A DNA stretch of 64,000 nt, from the NCBI GenBank assembly GCA_964016885.1, contig OZ024743.1:35712001-35776000 (forward strand), in the 5' to 3' direction. The translations under genes and the position numbers were made by a program. Position 1 is the stretch's first letter; each line of letters begins with the position of its first letter. Under the pieces are notes generated by a model. That model had not been told where the DNA came from. It was given only the letters and a program-made list of their open reading frames with translations, and made no database searches. Of this stretch, positions 1 to 14,855 are shown piece by piece. This DNA is from Eledone cirrhosa. Lineage: Eukaryota.

Positions 1-1098
1 TAGAAACACTACACTGTGTCATTACTATACTCTGAAGACATGTAAGATATAGAAACACTACACTGTGTCATTACTATACTCTGAAGACATGTAAGATATA
101 AAAACACTACACTGTGTCATTACTATACTCTGAAGACCTATAATATATAGAAACACTACACTGTGTCATTACTATACTCTGAAGACCTGTAATATATGGA
201 AACACTACACTGTATCATTACTATACTCTGAAGACCTATAATATATAGAAACACTACACTGTGTCATTACTATACTCTGAAGAACTGTAAGATATAGAAA
301 CACCACACTGTGTCATTACTATACTGTGAAGACCTGTAATATATAGAAACACCACACTGTGTCATTACTATACTGTGAAGACCTGTAAGATATAGAAACA
401 CCACACTGTGTCATTACTATACTGTGAAGACCTGTAAGATATAGAAACGCTACACTGTATCATTACTATACTGTGAAGACCTGTAAGATATAGAAACGCT
501 ACACTGTATCATTACTATACTGTGAAGACCTGTAAGATATAGAAACGCTACACTGTATCATTACTATACTCTGAAGACCTATAATATATAGAAACACTAC
601 ACTGTGTCATTACTATACTGTGAAGACCTGTAATATATAGAAACACTACACTGTATCATTACTATACTGTGAAGACCTGTAAGATATAGAAACGCTACAC
701 TGTATCATTACTATACTGTGAAGACCTGTAAGATATAGAAACGCTACACTGTATCATTACTATACTCTGAAGACCTATAATATATAGAAACACTACACTG
801 TGTCATTACTATACTCTGAAGACCTATAATATATAGAAACACTACATTGTGTCCTTACTATACTCTGAAGAACTATAATATATAGAAACACCACACTGTG
901 TCATTACTATACTCTGAAGACCTATAATATATAGAAACAATACACCGTGTCATTACTATACTGTGAAGACCTGTAAGATATAGAAACACTACACTGTGTC
1001 ATTACTATACTGTGAAGACCTGTAAGATATAGAAACACTACAATGTGTCATTACTATACTCTGAAGACATGTAATATATAGAAACACTACACTGTGTC

Positions 1099-1158
1099 AT
1101 TACTATACTCTGAAGACCTGTAAGATATAGAAACACTACACTGTGTCATTACTATACT
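1099..1158 (+). ncRNA. Hammerhead-ribozyme-like motif (representative copy; the same layout recurs in every monomer, intact core only in CTGAAGA-type units)
   Basis: CTGAAGA 1110-1116 (C3-A9). CC-TGTA-aga-TATA 1117-1129 (non-canonical stem II). GAAA 1130-1133. Stem III ACAC 1133-1136 pairs with GTGT 1143-1146. GTC triplet ends at 1147 (C17). ATTACTATACT on both sides gives a weak stem I (3 of 4 pairs). Core order is canonical; activity is untested. Confidence 0.5.
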
Positions 1159-2850
1159 ATGAAGACCTGTAAGATATAGAAACACTACAATGTATCATTA
1201 CTATACTGTGAAGACCTGTAAGATATAGAAACACTACACTGTGTCATTACTATACTGTGAAGACCTGTAAGATATAGAAACACTACACTGTGTCATTACT
1301 ATACTCTGAAGACCTGTAAGATATAGAAACACTACACTGTGTCATTACTATACTCTGAAGACCTGTAAGATATAGAAACACTACACTGTGTCATTACCAT
1401 ACTCTGAAGACCTGTAAGATATAGAAACACTACACTGTGTCATTACTATAGTCTGAAGGCCTGTAATATATAGAAACACTACACTGTGTCATTACTATAC
1501 TCTGAAGACCTGTAAGATATAGAAACACTACACTGTGTCATTACTATACTCTGAAGACCTGTAAGATATAGAAACACTACACTGTGTCATTACTATAGTC
1601 TGAAGGCCTGTAATATATAGAAACACTACACTGTGTCATTACTATACTCTGAAGACCTGTAAAATATAGAAACACTACACTGTGTCATTACTATAGTCTG
1701 AAGGCCTGTAATATATAGAAACACTACACTGTGTCATTACTATACTCTGAAGACCTGTAAGATATAGAAACACTACACTGTGTCATTACTATACTCTGAA
1801 GACCTGTAAGATATAGAAACACTACACTGTGTCATTACTATACTCTGAAGACCTGTAAGATATAGAAACACTACACTGTGTCATTACTATACTCTGAAGA
1901 CCTGTAAGATATAGAAACACTACACTGTGTCATTACTATAGTCTGAAGGCCTGTAATATATAGAAACACTACACTGTGTCATTACTATACTCTGAAGACC
2001 TGTAAGATATAGAAACACTACACTGTGTCATTACTATACTCTGAAGACCTGTAAGATATAGAAACACTACACTGTGTCATTACTATAGTCTGAAGGCCTG
2101 TAATATATAGAAACACTACACTGTGTCATTACTATACTCTGAAGACCTGTAAAATATAGAAACACTACACTGTGTCATTACTATAGTCTGAAGGCCTGTA
2201 AGATATAGAAACACTACACTGTGTCATTACTATACTGTGAAGACCTGTAAGATATAGAAACACTACACTGTGTCATTACTATAGTCTGAAGGCCTGTAAG
2301 ATATAGAAACACTACACTGTGTCATTACTATACTGTGAAGACCTGTAAGATATAGAAACACTACACTGTGTCATTACTATAGTCTGAAGACCTGTAAGAT
2401 ATAGAAACACTACACTGTGTCATTACTATACTGTGAAGACCTGTAAGATATAGAAACACTACACTGTGTCATTACTATACTGTGAAGACCTGTAAGATAT
2501 AGAAACACTACACTGTGTCATTACTATACTGTGAAGACCTGTAAGATATAGAAACACTACACTGTGTCATTACTATAGTCTGAAGGCCTGTAATATATAG
2601 AAACACTACACTGTATCATTACTATACTGTGAAGACCTGTAAGATATAGAAACACTACACTGTGTCATTACTATACTCTGAAGACCGGTAAGATATAGAA
2701 ACACTACACTGTGTCGTTACTATACTCCGAAGACCTGTAAGACATAGAAACACTACACTGTGTCATTACTATACTATGAAGACCTGTAAGACATAGAAAC
2801 ACTACACTGTGTCATTACTATACTGTGAAGACCTGTAAGATATAGAAACA

Positions 2851-5800
2851 GTACACTGTGTCATTACTATACTCTAAAAACCTATAAGATATAGAAACAC
2901 TACACTGTATGATTACTATACTGTGAAGACCTGTAAGATATAGAAACACTACACCGTATCATTACTATACTCTGAAGACCTATAATATATAGAAACACTA
3001 CACTGTGTCATTACTATACTGTGAAGACCTGTAAGATATAGAAACGCTACACTGTATCATTACTATACTGTGAAGACCTGTAAGATATAGAAACGCTACA
3101 CTGTATCATTACTATACTGTGAAGACCTGTAAGATATAGAAACGCTACACTGTATCATTACTATACTCTGAAGACCTATAATATATAGAAACACTACACT
3201 GTGTCATTACTATACTGTGAAGACCTGTAATATATAGAAACACTACACTGTGTCATTACTATACTGTGAAGACCTGTAAGATATAGAAACACTACACTGT
3301 ATCATTACTATACTGTGAAGACCTGTAAGATATAGAAACGCTACACTGTATCATTACTATACTGTGAAGACCTGTAAGATATAGAAACGCTACACTGAAT
3401 CATTACTATACTCTGAAGACCTATAATATATAGAAACACTACACTGTGTCATTACTATACTCTGAAGACCTATAATATATAGAAACACTACATTGTGTCC
3501 TTACTATACTCTGAAGAACTATAATATATAGAAACACCACACTGTGTCATTACTATACTCTGAAGACCTATAATATATAGAAACAATACACCGTGTCATT
3601 ACTATACTGTGAAGACCTGTAAGATATAGAAACACTACACTGTGTCATTACTATACTGTGAAGACCTGTAAGATATAGAAACACTACACTGTGTCATTAC
3701 TATACTCTGAAGACCTGTAAGATATAGAAACACTACACTGTGTCATTACTATACTCTGAAGACCTGTAAGATATAGAAACACTACACTGTGTCATTACTA
3801 TACTCTGAAGACCTGTAAGATATAGAAACACTACACTGTGTCATTACTATAGTCTGAAGGCCTGTAATATATAGAAACACTACACTGTGTCATTACTATA
3901 CTCTGAAGACCTGTAAGATATAGAAACACTACACTGTGTCATTACTATACTCTGAAGACCTGTAAGATATAGAAACACTACACTGTGTCATTACTATAGT
4001 CTGAAGGCGTGTAATATATAGAAACACTACACTGTGTCATTACTATACTCTGAAGACCTGTAAAATATAGAAACACTACACTGTGTCATTACTATAGTCT
4101 GAAGGCCTGTAATATATAGAAACACTACACTGTGTCATTACTATACTCTGAAGACCTGTAAGATATAGAAACACTACACTGTGTCATTACTATACTCTGA
4201 AGACCTGTAAGATATAGAAACACTACACTGTGTCATTACTATACTCTGAAGACCTGTAAGATATAGAAACACTACACTGTGTCATTACTATACTCTGAAG
4301 ACCTGTAAGATATAGAAACACTACACTGTGTCATTACTATAGTCTGAAGGCCTGTAATATATAGAAACACTACACTGTGTCATTACTATACTCTGAAGAC
4401 CTGTAAGATATAGAAACACTACACTGTGTCATTACTATACTCTGAAGACCTGTAAGATATAGAAACACTACACTGTGTCATTACTATACTCTGAAGACCT
4501 GTAAAATATAGAAACACTACACTGTGTCATTACTATAGTCTGAAGGCCTGTAAGATATAGAAACACTACACTGTGTCATTACTATACTGTGAAGACCTGT
4601 AAGATATAGAAACACTACACTGTGTCATTACTATAGTCTGAAGGCCTGTAAGATATAGAAACACTACACTGTGTCATTACTATACTGTGAAGACCTGTAA
4701 GATATAGAAACACTACACTGTGTCATTACTATAGTCTGAAGACCTGTAAGATATAGAAACACTACACTGTGTCATTACTATACTGTGAAGACCTGTAAGA
4801 TATAGAAACACTACACTGTGTCATTACTATACTGTGAAGACCTGTAAGATATAGAAACACTACACTGTGTCATTACTATACTGTGAAGACCTGTAAGATA
4901 TAGAAACACTACACTGTGTCATTACTATAGTCTGAAGGCCTGTAATATATAGAAACACTACACTGTATCATTACTATACTGTGAAGACCTGTAAGATATA
5001 GAAACACTACACTGTGTCATTACTATACTCTGAAGACCGGTAAGATATAGAAACACTACACTGTGTCGTTACTATACTCCGAAGACCTGTAAGACATAGA
5101 AACACTACACTGTGTCATTACTATACTATGAAGACCTGTAAGACATAGAAACACTACACTGTGTCATTACTATACTGTGAAGACCTGTAAGATATAGAAA
5201 CAGTACACTGTGTCATTACTATACTCTAAAAACCTATAAGATATAGAAACACTACACTGTATGATTACTATACTGTGAAGACCTGTAAGATATAGAAACA
5301 CTACACCGTATCATTACTATACTCTGAAGACCTATAATATATAGAAACACTACACTGTGTCATTACTATACTATGAATACCTGTAAGATATAGAAACACT
5401 ACACCGTATCATTACTATACTCTGAAGACCTATAATATATAGAAACACTACACTGTGTCATTACTATACTATGAATACCTGTAAGATATAGAAACACTAC
5501 ACTGTATCATTACTATACTGTGAAGACCTGTAAGATATAGAAACACTACACTGTGTCATTACTATACTCTGAAGACATGTAAGATATAAAAACACTACAC
5601 TGTGTCATTACTATACTGTGAAGACCTGTAAGATATAGAAACACTACACTGTGTCATTACTATATTGTGAAGACCTGTAAGATATAGAAACACTACACTG
5701 TGTCATTACTATACTGTGAAGACCTGTAAGATATAGAAACACTACACTGTATCATTACTATACTCTGAAGACCTGTAAGATATAGAAACACTACACTGTG

Positions 5801-8800
5801 TCATTACTATAGTCTGAAGGCGTGTAATATATAGAAACACTACACTGTGTCATTACTATACTCTGAAGACCTGTAAAATATAGAAACACTACACTGTGTC
5901 ATTACTATAGTCTGAAGGCCGGTAAGATATAGAAACACTACACTGTGTCGTTACTATACTCCGAAGACCTGTAAGACATAGAAACACTACACTGTGTCAT
6001 TACTATACTATGAAGACCTGTAAGACATAGAAACACTACACTGTGTCATTACTATACTGTGAAGACCTGTAAGATATAGAAACAGTACACTGTGTCATTA
6101 CTATACTCTAAAAACCTATAAGATATAGAAACACTACACTGTATGATTACTATACTGTGAAGACCTGTAAGATATAGAAACACTACACCGTATCATTACT
6201 ATACTCTGAAGACCTATAATATATAGAAACACTACACTGTGTCATTACTATACTGTGAAGACCTGTAAGATATAGAAACGCTACACTGTATCATTACTAT
6301 ACTGTGAAGACCTGTAAGATATAGAAACGCTACACTGTATCATTACTATACTGTGAAGACCTGTAAGATATAGAAACGCTACACTGTATCATTACTATAC
6401 TCTGAAGACCTATAATATATAGAAACACTACACTGTGTCATTACTATACTGTGAAGACCTGTAATATATAGAAACACTACACTGTGTCATTACTATACTG
6501 TGAAGACCTGTAAGATATAGAAACACTACACTGTATCATTACTATACTGTGAAGACCTGTAAGATATAGAAACGCTACACTGTATCATTACTATACTGTG
6601 AAGACCTGTAAGATATAGAAACGCTACACTGAATCATTACTATACTCTGAAGACCTATAATATATAGAAACACTACACTGTGTCATTACTATACTCTGAA
6701 GACCTATAATATATAGAAACACTACATTGTGTCCTTACTATACTCTGAAGAACTATAATATATAGAAACACCACACTGTGTCATTACTATACTCTGAAGA
6801 CCTATAATATATAGAAACAATACACCGTGTCATTACTATACTGTGAAGACCTGTAAGATATAGAAACACTACACTGTGTCATTACTATACTGTGAAGACC
6901 TGTAAGATATAGAAACACTACAATGTGTCATTACTATACTCTGAAGACATGTAATATATAGAAACACTACACTGTGTCATTACTATACTCTGAAGACCTG
7001 TAAGATATAGAAACACTACACTGTGTCATTACTATACTATGAAGACCTGTAAGATATAGAAACACTACAATGTATCATTACTATACTGTGAAGACCTGTA
7101 AGATATAGAAACACTACACTGTGTCATTACTATACTGTGAAGACCTGTAAGATATAGAAACACTACACTGTGTCATTACTATACTCTGAAGACCTGTAAG
7201 ATATAGAAACACTACACTGTGTCATTACTATACTCTGAAGACCTGTAAGATATAGAAACACTACACTGTGTCATTACTATACTCTGAAGACCTGTAAGAT
7301 ATAGAAACACTACACTGTGTCATTACTATAGTCTGAAGGCCTGTAATATATAGAAACACTACACTGTGTCATTACTATACTCTGAAGACCTGTAAGATAT
7401 AGAAACACTACACTGTGTCATTACTATACTCTGAAGACCTGTAAGATATAGAAACACTACACTGTGTCATTACTATAGTCTGAAGGCGTGTAATATATAG
7501 AAACACTACACTGTGTCATTACTATACTCTGAAGACCTGTAAAATATAGAAACACTACACTGTGTCATTACTATAGTCTGAAGGCCTGTAATATATAGAA
7601 ACACTACACTGTGTCATTACTATACTCTGAAGACCTGTAAGATATAGAAACACTACACTGTGTCATTACTATACTCTGAAGACCTGTAAGATATAGAAAC
7701 ACTACACTGTGTCATTACTATACTCTGAAGACCTGTAAGATATAGAAACACTACACTGTGTCATTACTATACTCTGAAGACCTGTACGATATAGAAACAC
7801 TACACTGTGTCATTACTATAGTCTGAAGGCCTGTAATATATAGAAACACTACACTGTGTCATTACTATACTCTGAAGACCTGTAAGATATAGAAACACTA
7901 CACTGTGTCATTACTATACTCTGAAGACCTGTAAGATATAGAAACACTACACTGTGTCATTACTATAGTCTGAAGGCCTGTAATATATAGAAACACTACA
8001 CTGTGTCATTACTATACTCTGAAGACCTGTAAAATATAGAAACACTACACTGTGTCATTACTATAGTCTGAAGGCCTGTAAGATATAGAAACACTACACT
8101 GTGTCATTACTATACTGTGAAGACCTGTAAGATATAGAAACACTACACTGTGTCATTACTATAGTCTGAAGGCCTGTAAGATATAGAAACACTACACTGT
8201 GTCATTACTATACTGTGAAGACCTGTAAGATATAGAAACACTACACTGTGTCATTACTATAGTCTGAAGACCTGTAAGATATAGAAACACTACACTGTGT
8301 CATTACTATACTGTGAAGACCTGGAAGATATAGAAACACTACACTGTGTCATTACTATACTGTGAAGACCTGTAAGATATAGAAACACTACACTGTGTCA
8401 TTACTATACTCTGAAGACCTGTAAGATATAGAAACACTACACTGTGTCATTACTATAGTCTGAAGGCCTGTAATATATAGAAACACTACACTGTATCATT
8501 ACTATACTGTGAAGACCTGTAAGATATAGAAACACTACACTGTGTCATTACTATACTCTGAAGACCGGTAAGATATAGAAACACTACACTGTGTCGTTAC
8601 TATACTCCGAAGACCTGTAAGACATAGAAACACTACACTGTGTCATTACTATACTATGAAGACCTGTAAGACATAGAAACACTACACTGTGTCATTACTA
8701 TACTGTGAAGACCTGTAAGATATAGAAACAGTACACTGTGTCATTACTATACTCTAAAAACCTATAAGATATAGAAACACTACACTGTATGATTACTATA

Positions 8801-11800
8801 CTGTGAAGACCTGTAAGATATAGAAACACTACACCGTATCATTACTATACTCTGAAGACCTATAATATATAGAAACACTACACTGTGTCATTACTATACT
8901 GTGAAGACCTGTAAGATATAGAAACGCTACACTGTATCATTACTATACTGTGAAGACCTGTAAGATATAGAAACGCTACACTGTATCATTACTATACTGT
9001 GAAGACCTGTAAGATATAGAAACGCTACACTGTATCATTACTATACTCTGAAGACCTATAATATATAGAAACACTACACTGTGTCATTACTATACTGTGA
9101 AGACCTGTAATATATAGAAACACTACACTGTGTCATTACTATACTGTGAAGACCTGTAAGATATAGAAACACTACACTGTATCATTACTATACTGTGAAG
9201 ACCTGTAAGATATAGAAACGCTACACTGTATCATTACTATACTGTGAAGACCTGTAAGATATAGAAACGCTACACTGAATCATTACTATACTCTGAAGAC
9301 CTATAATATATAGAAACACTACACTGTGTCATTACTATACTCTGAAGACCTATAATATATAGAAACACTACATTGTGTCCTTACTATACTCTGAAGAACT
9401 ATAATATATAGAAACACCACACTGTGTCATTACTATACTCTGAAGACCTATAATATATAGAAACAATACACCGTGTCATTACTATACTGTGAAGACCTGT
9501 AAGATATAGAAACACTACACTGTGTCATTACTATACTGTGAAGACCTGTAAGATATAGAAACACTACAATGTGTCATTACTATACTCTGAAGACATGTAA
9601 TATATAGAAACACTACACTGTGTCATTACTATACTCTGAAGACCTGTAAGATATAGAAACACTACACTGTGTCATTACTATACTATGAAGACCTGTAAGA
9701 TATAGAAACACTACAATGTATCATTACTATACTGTGAAGACCTGTAAGATATAGAAACACTACACTGTGTCATTACTATACTGTGAAGACCTGTAAGATA
9801 TAGAAACACTACACTGTGTCATTACTATACTCTGAAGACCTGTAAGATATAGAAACACTACACTGTGTCATTACTATACTCTGAAGACCTGTAAGATATA
9901 GAAACACTACACTGTGTCATTACTATACTCTGAAGACCTGTAAGATATAGAAACACTACACTGTGTCATTACTATAGTCTGAAGGCCTGTAATATATAGA
10001 AACACTACACTGTGTCATTACTATACTCTGAAGACCTGTAAGATATAGAAACACTACACTGTGTCATTACTATACTCTGAAGACCTGTAAGATATAGAAA
10101 CACTACACTGTGTCATTACTATAGTCTGAAGGCGTGTAATATATAGAAACACTACACTGTGTCATTACTATACTCTGAAGACCTGTAAAATATAGAAACA
10201 CTACACTGTGTCATTACTATAGTCTGAAGGCCTGTAATATATAGAAACACTACACTGTGTCATTACTATACTCTGAAGACCTGTAAGATATAGAAACACT
10301 ACACTGTGTCATTACTATACTCTGAAGACCTGTAAGATATAGAAACACTACACTGTGTCATTACTATACTCTGAAGACCTGTAAGATATAGAAACACTAC
10401 ACTGTGTCATTACTATACTCTGAAGACCTGTAAGATATAGAAACACTACACTGTGTCATTACTATAGTCTGAAGGCCTGTAATATATAGAAACACTACAC
10501 TGTGTCATTACTATACTCTGAAGACCTGTAAGATATAGAAACACTACACTGTGTCATTACTATACTCTGAAGACCTGTAAGATATAGAAACACTACACTG
10601 TGTCATTACTATACTCTGAAGACCTGTAAAATATAGAAACACTACACTGTGTCATTACTATAGTCTGAAGGCCTGTAAGATATAGAAACACTACACTGTG
10701 TCATTACTATACTGTGAAGACCTGTAAGATATAGAAACACTACACTGTGTCATTACTATAGTCTGAAGGCCTGTAAGATATAGAAACACTACACTGTGTC
10801 ATTACTATACTGTGAAGACCTGTAAGATATAGAAACACTACACTGTGTCATTACTATAGTCTGAAGACCTGTAAGATATAGAAACACTACACTGTGTCAT
10901 TACTATACTGTGAAGACCTGTAAGATATAGAAACACTACACTGTGTCATTACTATACTGTGAAGACCTGTAAGATATAGAAACACTACACTGTGTCATTA
11001 CTATACTGTGAAGACCTGTAAGATATAGAAACACTACACTGTGTCATTACTATAGTCTGAAGGCCTGTAATATATAGAAACACTACACTGTATCATTACT
11101 ATACTGTGAAGACCTGTAAGATATAGAAACACTACACTGTGTCATTACTATACTCTGAAGACCGGTAAGATATAGAAACACTACACTGTGTCGTTACTAT
11201 ACTCCGAAGACCTGTAAGACATAGAAACACTACACTGTGTCATTACTATACTATGAAGACCTGTAAGACATAGAAACACTACACTGTGTCATTACTATAC
11301 TGTGAAGACCTGTAAGATATAGAAACAGTACACTGTGTCATTACTATACTCTAAAAACCTATAAGATATAGAAACACTACACTGTATGATTACTATACTG
11401 TGAAGACCTGTAAGATATAGAAACACTACACCGTATCATTACTATACTCTGAAGACCTATAATATATAGAAACACTACACTGTGTCATTACTATACTATG
11501 AATACCTGTAAGATATAGAAACACTACACCGTATCATTACTATACTCTGAAGACCTATAATATATAGAAACACTACACTGTGTCATTACTATACTATGAA
11601 TACCTGTAAGATATAGAAACACTACACTGTATCATTACTATACTGTGAAGACCTGTAAGATATAGAAACACTACACTGTGTCATTACTATACTCTGAAGA
11701 CATGTAAGATATAAAAACACTACACTGTGTCATTACTATACTGTGAAGACCTGTAAGATATAGAAACACTACACTGTGTCATTACTATATTGTGAAGACC

Positions 11801-14800
11801 TGTAAGATATAGAAACACTACACTGTGTCATTACTATACTGTGAAGACCTGTAAGATATAGAAACACTACACTGTATCATTACTATACTCTGAAGACCTG
11901 TAAGATATAGAAACACTACACTGTGTCATTACTATAGTCTGAAGGCGTGTAATATATAGAAACACTACACTGTGTCATTACTATACTCTGAAGACCTGTA
12001 AAATATAGAAACACTACACTGTGTCATTACTATAGTCTGAAGGCCGGTAAGATATAGAAACACTACACTGTGTCGTTACTATACTCCGAAGACCTGTAAG
12101 ACATAGAAACACTACACTGTGTCATTACTATACTATGAAGACCTGTAAGACATAGAAACACTACACTGTGTCATTACTATACTGTGAAGACCTGTAAGAT
12201 ATAGAAACAGTACACTGTGTCATTACTATACTCTAAAAACCTATAAGATATAGAAACACTACACTGTATGATTACTATACTGTGAAGACCTGTAAGATAT
12301 AGAAACACTACACCGTATCATTACTATACTCTGAAGACCTATAATATATAGAAACACTACACTGTGTCATTACTATACTGTGAAGACCTGTAAGATATAG
12401 AAACGCTACACTGTATCATTACTATACTGTGAAGACCTGTAAGATATAGAAACGCTACACTGTATCATTACTATACTGTGAAGACCTGTAAGATATAGAA
12501 ACGCTACACTGTATCATTACTATACTCTGAAGACCTATAATATATAGAAACACTACACTGTGTCATTACTATACTGTGAAGACCTGTAATATATAGAAAC
12601 ACTACACTGTGTCATTACTATACTGTGAAGACCTGTAAGATATAGAAACACTACACTGTATCATTACTATACTGTGAAGACCTGTAAGATATAGAAACGC
12701 TACACTGTATCATTACTATACTGTGAAGACCTGTAAGATATAGAAACGCTACACTGAATCATTACTATACTCTGAAGACCTATAATATATAGAAACACTA
12801 CACTGTGTCATTACTATACTCTGAAGACCTATAATATATAGAAACACTACATTGTGTCCTTACTATACTCTGAAGAACTATAATATATAGAAACACCACA
12901 CTGTGTCATTACTATACTCTGAAGACCTATAATATATAGAAACAATACACGGTGTCATTACTATACTGTGAAGACCTGTAAGATATAGAAACACTACACT
13001 GTGTCATTACTATACTGTGAAGACCTGTAAGATATAGAAACACTACAATGTGTCATTACTATACTCTGAAGACATGTAATATATAGAAACACTACACTGT
13101 GTCATTACTATACTCTGAAGACCTGTAAGATATAGAAACACTACACTGTGTCATTACTATACTATGAAGACCTGTAAGATATAGAAACACTACAATGTAT
13201 CATTACTATACTGTGAAGACCTGTAAGATATAGAAACACTACACTGTGTCATTACTATACTGTGAAGACCTGTAAGATATAGAAACACTACACTGTGTCA
13301 TTACTATACTCTGAAGACCTGTAAGATATAGAAACACTACACTGTGTCATTACTATACTCTGAAGACCTGTAAGATATAGAAACACTACACTGTGTCATT
13401 ACTATACTCTGAAGACCTGTAAGATATAGAAACACTACACTGTGTCATTACTATAGTCTGAAGGCCTGTAATATATAGAAACACTACACTGTGTCATTAC
13501 TATACTCTGAAGACCTGTAAGATATAGAAACACTACACTGTGTCATTACTATACTCTGAAGACCTGTAAGATATAGAAACACTACACTGTGTCATTACTA
13601 TAGTCTGAAGGCGTGTAATATATAGAAACACTACACTGTGTCATTACTATACTCTGAAGACCTGTAAAATATAGAAACACTACACTGTGTCATTACTATA
13701 GTCTGAAGGCCTGTAATATATAGAAACACTACACTGTGTCATTACTATACTCTGAAGACCTGTAAGATATAGAAACACTACACTGTGTCATTACTATACT
13801 CTGAAGACCTGTAAGATATAGAAACACTACACTGTGTCATTACTATACTCTGAAGACGTGTAAGATATAGAAACACTACACTGTGTCATTACTATACTCT
13901 GAAGACCTGTACGATATAGAAACACTACACTGTGTCATTACTATAGTCTGAAGGCCTGTAATATATAGAAACACTACACTGTGTCATTACTATACTCTGA
14001 AGACCTGTAAGATATAGAAACACTACACTGTGTCATTACTATACTCTGAAGACCTGTAAGATATAGAAACACTACACTGTGTCATTACTATAGTCTGAAG
14101 GCCTGTAATATATAGAAACACTACACTGTGTCATTACTATACTCTGAAGACCTGTAAAATATAGAAACACTACACTGTGTCATTACTATAGTCTGAAGGC
14201 CTGTAAGATATAGAAACACTACACTGTGTCATTACTATACTGTGAAGACCTGTAAGATATAGAAACACTACACTGTGTCATTACTATAGTCTGAAGGCCT
14301 GTAAGATATAGAAACACTACACTGTGTCATTACTATACTGTGAAGACCTGTAAGATATAGAAACACTACACTGTGTCATTACTATAGTCTGAAGACCTGT
14401 AAGATATAGAAACACTACACTGTGTCATTACTATACTGTGAAGACCTGGAAGATATAGAAACACTACACTGTGTCATTACTATACTGTGAAGACCTGTAA
14501 GATATAGAAACACTACACTGTGTCATTACTATACTCTGAAGACCTGTAAGATATAGAAACACTACACTGTGTCATTACTATAGTCTGAAGGCCTGTAATA
14601 TATAGAAACACTACACTGTATCATTACTATACTGTGAAGACCTGTAAGATATAGAAACACTACACTGTGTCATTACTATACTCTGAAGACCGGTAAGATA
14701 TAGAAACACTACACTGTGTCGTTACTATACTCCGAAGACCTGTAAGACATAGAAACACTACACTGTGTCATTACTATACTATGAAGACCTGTAAGACATA

Positions 14801-14855
14801 GAAACACTACACTGTGTCATTACTATACTGTGAAGACCTGTAAGATATAGAAACA
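2851..14855. repeat. Two-copy ~6-kb higher-order duplication (5880 bp = 120 units; 6125 bp = 125 units) built from 48-54-unit and 18-unit sub-blocks
   Basis: Marker ACAGTACAC..CTAAAAACC at 2851, 5203, 6085, 8731, 11328, 12210, 14856 (spacings 48, 18, 54, 53, 18, 54 units). Private variants CTGTACGAT (7787/13912) and CTGGAAGA (8321/14446) are both 6125 bp apart. Confidence 0.9.

Noticed and set aside
19-27. TCATTACTA reads TAG-TAA-TGA (all three stops in tandem) on the minus strand of each unit
   Set aside because: A curiosity with no upstream ORF to terminate; plausible by chance in AT-rich sequence.
2854-2882. V(D)J RSS or Transib-end resemblance: CACTGTG/CACAGTG heptamer in most units and a nonamer-like CTAAAAACC 13 bp downstream in rare units
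   Set aside because: The consensus has no nonamer at 12 or 23 bp on either strand. The 7/9 match occurs only in a rare variant, and there are no gene segments or transposase.
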